From NCBI GenBank assembly GCA_965644315.1, contig CBFFRQ010000018.1, positions 930,001-994,000 on the forward strand: a stretch of 64,000 nt of DNA. Direction: 5' to 3'. Shown piece by piece: positions 61,928-64,000 of the stretch. A program made the translations under genes and the position numbers. Source of the stretch: Caecitellus pseudoparvulus (Eukaryota; Protista; Bigyra: Bicosoecida). A model generated the notes under the pieces. The model had not been told where the DNA came from. It ran no database searches and saw nothing but the letters and a program-made list of their open reading frames with translations. Every line of letters starts with the position of its first letter. The first letter of the stretch is position 1.

Positions 61928-64000
61928 TCACCTGGCCGCACCACCACCACCACCGCCTGCGCCACTCCCGTCCCTGCGCCCCGTGCCTCCCAGAGCCTTC
62001 GCAAAGGCGCTGCCGCCATCCCTCAGCCCGCCCACCATGGAGGACATGCCTGCGACAAAGGCGTTCTCGCCTCCGGCCTTGCCGCCTCCGCCACCCGTCA
62101 GACGCAGTTCTGCCAACACAGCTGACTGCGTCCGCCGGGGCATGGCTCGGAGGTCCATGATGCGACTCAGCTCGGGGGCCGTGGCACTGGGCCACAAAGC
62201 TTGAATGCTTGCCGCAAAGCGCGCTTCCGGTGTGCTCACGAGCTTCAGCAGAAGCTCGATGCGCGGCATCTCCCGGGAGACGAAATTCTTGTACACGGTG
62301 GGGACGCTGTGCCCGCCTCCCACGCCACTGCTGTCGTCATCATCCCCTTCACTCACCAGTGCCGGGGCGTCCAGCAAGACAGACTTGATGCCTTGAGCAT
62401 CCAGCAGCAGCTGCTGGGCCCCCATCTCCCCGATGCGCTTGCAGTTGAACAGGGCCCCCATGTACCGAGCAGTGAACGCCCGCGCAAACTTGTCACAAAA
62501 GGACCTGAAGGCGCCTGGGCAGTTGCGGAGGACTTGCCGCACAGGCGGCATCAGCTTGCGCAGCGTGGCATCCACTGTGCTGACATACGCGCTGAGGTCC
62601 CCCACGTCCGCGAGGGTCCACCAGTTCCCGCCTTGCAGAGCCAGCAGCGCGGGGTCAAGAGCACAAGCAAGGGCTTCCCCCAGCACCTTGGTGGCCTTCG
62701 CCGCCACGCCGAAAAACAAATCCTGCGTGTCCGAGAACGAGACAGCTTCAGAGAAAGCCTCGTCCACCTTGCCGCGCAAGGACTCCTCCAGCCCCGGCAG
62801 CGTCTCCCCCACGTACTCCGCTGTGTTGATCACCGATGCCAGACGCTTGAGAGCGCGGATGCCTTCGACGCCCTGCCCGATTGAGTATGTGTCCCCGGGA
62901 AGCGCAGCAGGGGTCGACGCCCCAAAGCTCAAGGCTGAAGCTGCCTTTGCAACCACTGGCTCCGGCACGCCAGACTCCAGAGCCCGGGCGTATCCCCCCA
63001 GGGCTTCCTTGAACTGGATGTACAGCTCGAACAGGGTTTGAGCGCGCCCAAGCTGCACGCACCTGGAAGTGGCATTCTTGATTTGCAGGAACAGCTTTGC
63101 GGAAGACATGAGCACGTCCCGGCTGCCGGCGTGCGAGGTTCCAGCGGCAGCGCCCTCCCCGACGCCACGTGCCTCTTCTCCTGCAGCCGTGACGATGGCG
63201 TCCAAGCTGCCGCGCTCCAGGGCCACGTAAGCGCCCATGTATGGGTCAAACACATCTGAGATGCGCCTCATCAGCGTGGGCAAGGCAGGGAGGCTCTCAG
63301 CCTCAGCAACGTCACCCGCACCTCCTGCAAGCGACGACAGCCAGGCGGCCTTGGAGCTCTTCGCTGCCTCGGCTGCTTCGCGAGCCTGGGCGGCTGCCTT
63401 CCACTCCTGCCTGCGCTTATACTTGAGGCGAATGCCTTCGGCAGAGGTGGGGTCCACCACCTCCCCGGCTTCATTCACCAGGGGCGCACTCTCGTCGAAC
63501 TCAGCAGGGCCTGCGGCGGCTCCTGCACCAGCCGAGGCTGCCTGGCCTTCTGCGGCCTCTCCGACAATGGTACCTTCCTTCTCAAAGCGCCGAGTCATTT
63601 CCTTCTCCCACTGCAGCGTCTTGTTCAAGGCCCGCACTAGAGCTTCCGCAGGGGCTGAGTCTGGAGGGTCGAAGGCGCTGAGCACTTTGCCGCCAATGTC
63701 AGCCCGAACTTTGTCAGCAAAGGCGACCGCCAGTCGGTGGGGCAGGCTCCAGTGCCTGGGCAGCACGCGCCCAAAGCGGGCCTCGACATCTCGCAACTGG
63801 CGCCGAAACCAGGCATAGCGACGCTCGACAGCATCCAATGACGCTGCATCTGCACCACCGAACGTGCGTTCGTACGGCTTGTTCAGCTGCTTGCGGCAGA
63901 GGCGGCCAATGAGGCGCTCCAACACCTTGCCTCCCAAGGCATCAATGACGCCGCAGGCGTGGCGCAGCGTTTCCAAGCTCGTTGCCACAGCCCCTGACGC
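61928..64000 (-). CDS. VPS53: GARP complex subunit Vps53 (5' end outside window)
   Basis: ACGVIDALG, ERRYAWFRRQL, KTLQWEKEM, ISDVFDPYMGAYVALE, LMSSAKLF, INTAEY, IGEMGAQQLLLD, ELLLKLV. Confidence 0.9.
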   Translation of the reverse strand, partial: ASGAVATSLETLRHACGVIDALGGKVLERLIGRLCRKQLNKPYERTFGGADAASLDAVERRYAWFRRQLRDVEARFGRVLPRHWSLPHRLAVAFADKVRADIGGKVLSAFDPPDSAPAEALVRALNKTLQWEKEMTRRFEKEGTIVGEAAEGQAASAGAGAAAGPAEFDESAPLVNEAGEVVDPTSAEGIRLKYKRRQEWKAAAQAREAAEAAKSSKAAWLSSLAGGAGDVAEAESLPALPTLMRRISDVFDPYMGAYVALERGSLDAIVTAAGEEARGVGEGAAAGTSHAGSRDVLMSSAKLFLQIKNATSRCVQLGRAQTLFELYIQFKEALGGYARALESGVPEPVVAKAASALSFGASTPAALPGDTYSIGQGVEGIRALKRLASVINTAEYVGETLPGLEESLRGKVDEAFSEAVSFSDTQDLFFGVAAKATKVLGEALACALDPALLALQGGNWWTLADVGDLSAYVSTVDATLRKLMPPVRQVLRNCPGAFRSFCDKFARAFTARYMGALFNCKRIGEMGAQQLLLDAQGIKSVLLDAPALVSEGDDDDSSGVGGGHSVPTVYKNFVSREMPRIELLLKLVSTPEARFAASIQALWPSATAPELSRIMDLRAMPRRTQSAVLAELRLTGGGGGKAGGENAFVAGMSSMVGGLRDGGSAFAKALGGTGRRDGSGAGGGGGGAAR

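Noticed and set aside
1-64000. Endogenous virophage/Polinton, transposon, tRNA, rRNA or CRISPR
   Set aside because: No low-GC island, integrase/transposase/capsid motif, long terminal repeat, cloverleaf or repeat-spacer array seen by eye; tRNAscan and Infernal were not run.

Overview
Gene-dense, GC-rich (about 65% by eye) eukaryotic nuclear DNA with about 26 protein-coding genes, short GT-AG introns (mostly 65-130 nt, some 200-230 nt, frequent GTGCGT/GTGAGT donors) and very small intergenic gaps. I found no rRNA, tRNA, CRISPR array or recognisable transposon. Gene content and style (tandem-domain cathepsin Z, LRG/NLRG after signal peptides, large intronless RCC1/IPT/multi-TM receptor) suggest a heterotrophic stramenopile-like protist; this is inference. 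Recognisable genes: LZIC (3' end), glutamate dehydrogenase, ZRANB3-like helicase-HNH, LOG, two ML-domain proteins, double cathepsin Z, mitochondrial uS9, TrpF, TXNDC12, kynureninase, tandem SET protein, nucleotide-sugar transporter, CLC, TRAPPC10, ACADL, BRWD-like bromodomain protein, DAG kinase, MAP2K, cyclophilin-RS, alpha/beta hydrolase and VPS53 (5' truncated). The most striking unexplained signals are non-coding. (1) An (A)ATGCA(T) motif lies just after most stop codons, often as a palindrome shared by convergent genes, and is a candidate non-canonical bidirectional polyadenylation signal. (2) A 12-mer TGCACTGCACTT sits 22-32 nt upstream of 3' splice sites in introns of lysosomal and lipid-catabolic genes. 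Exon boundaries were inferred by hand from GT/AG sites and protein continuity, not from transcripts.
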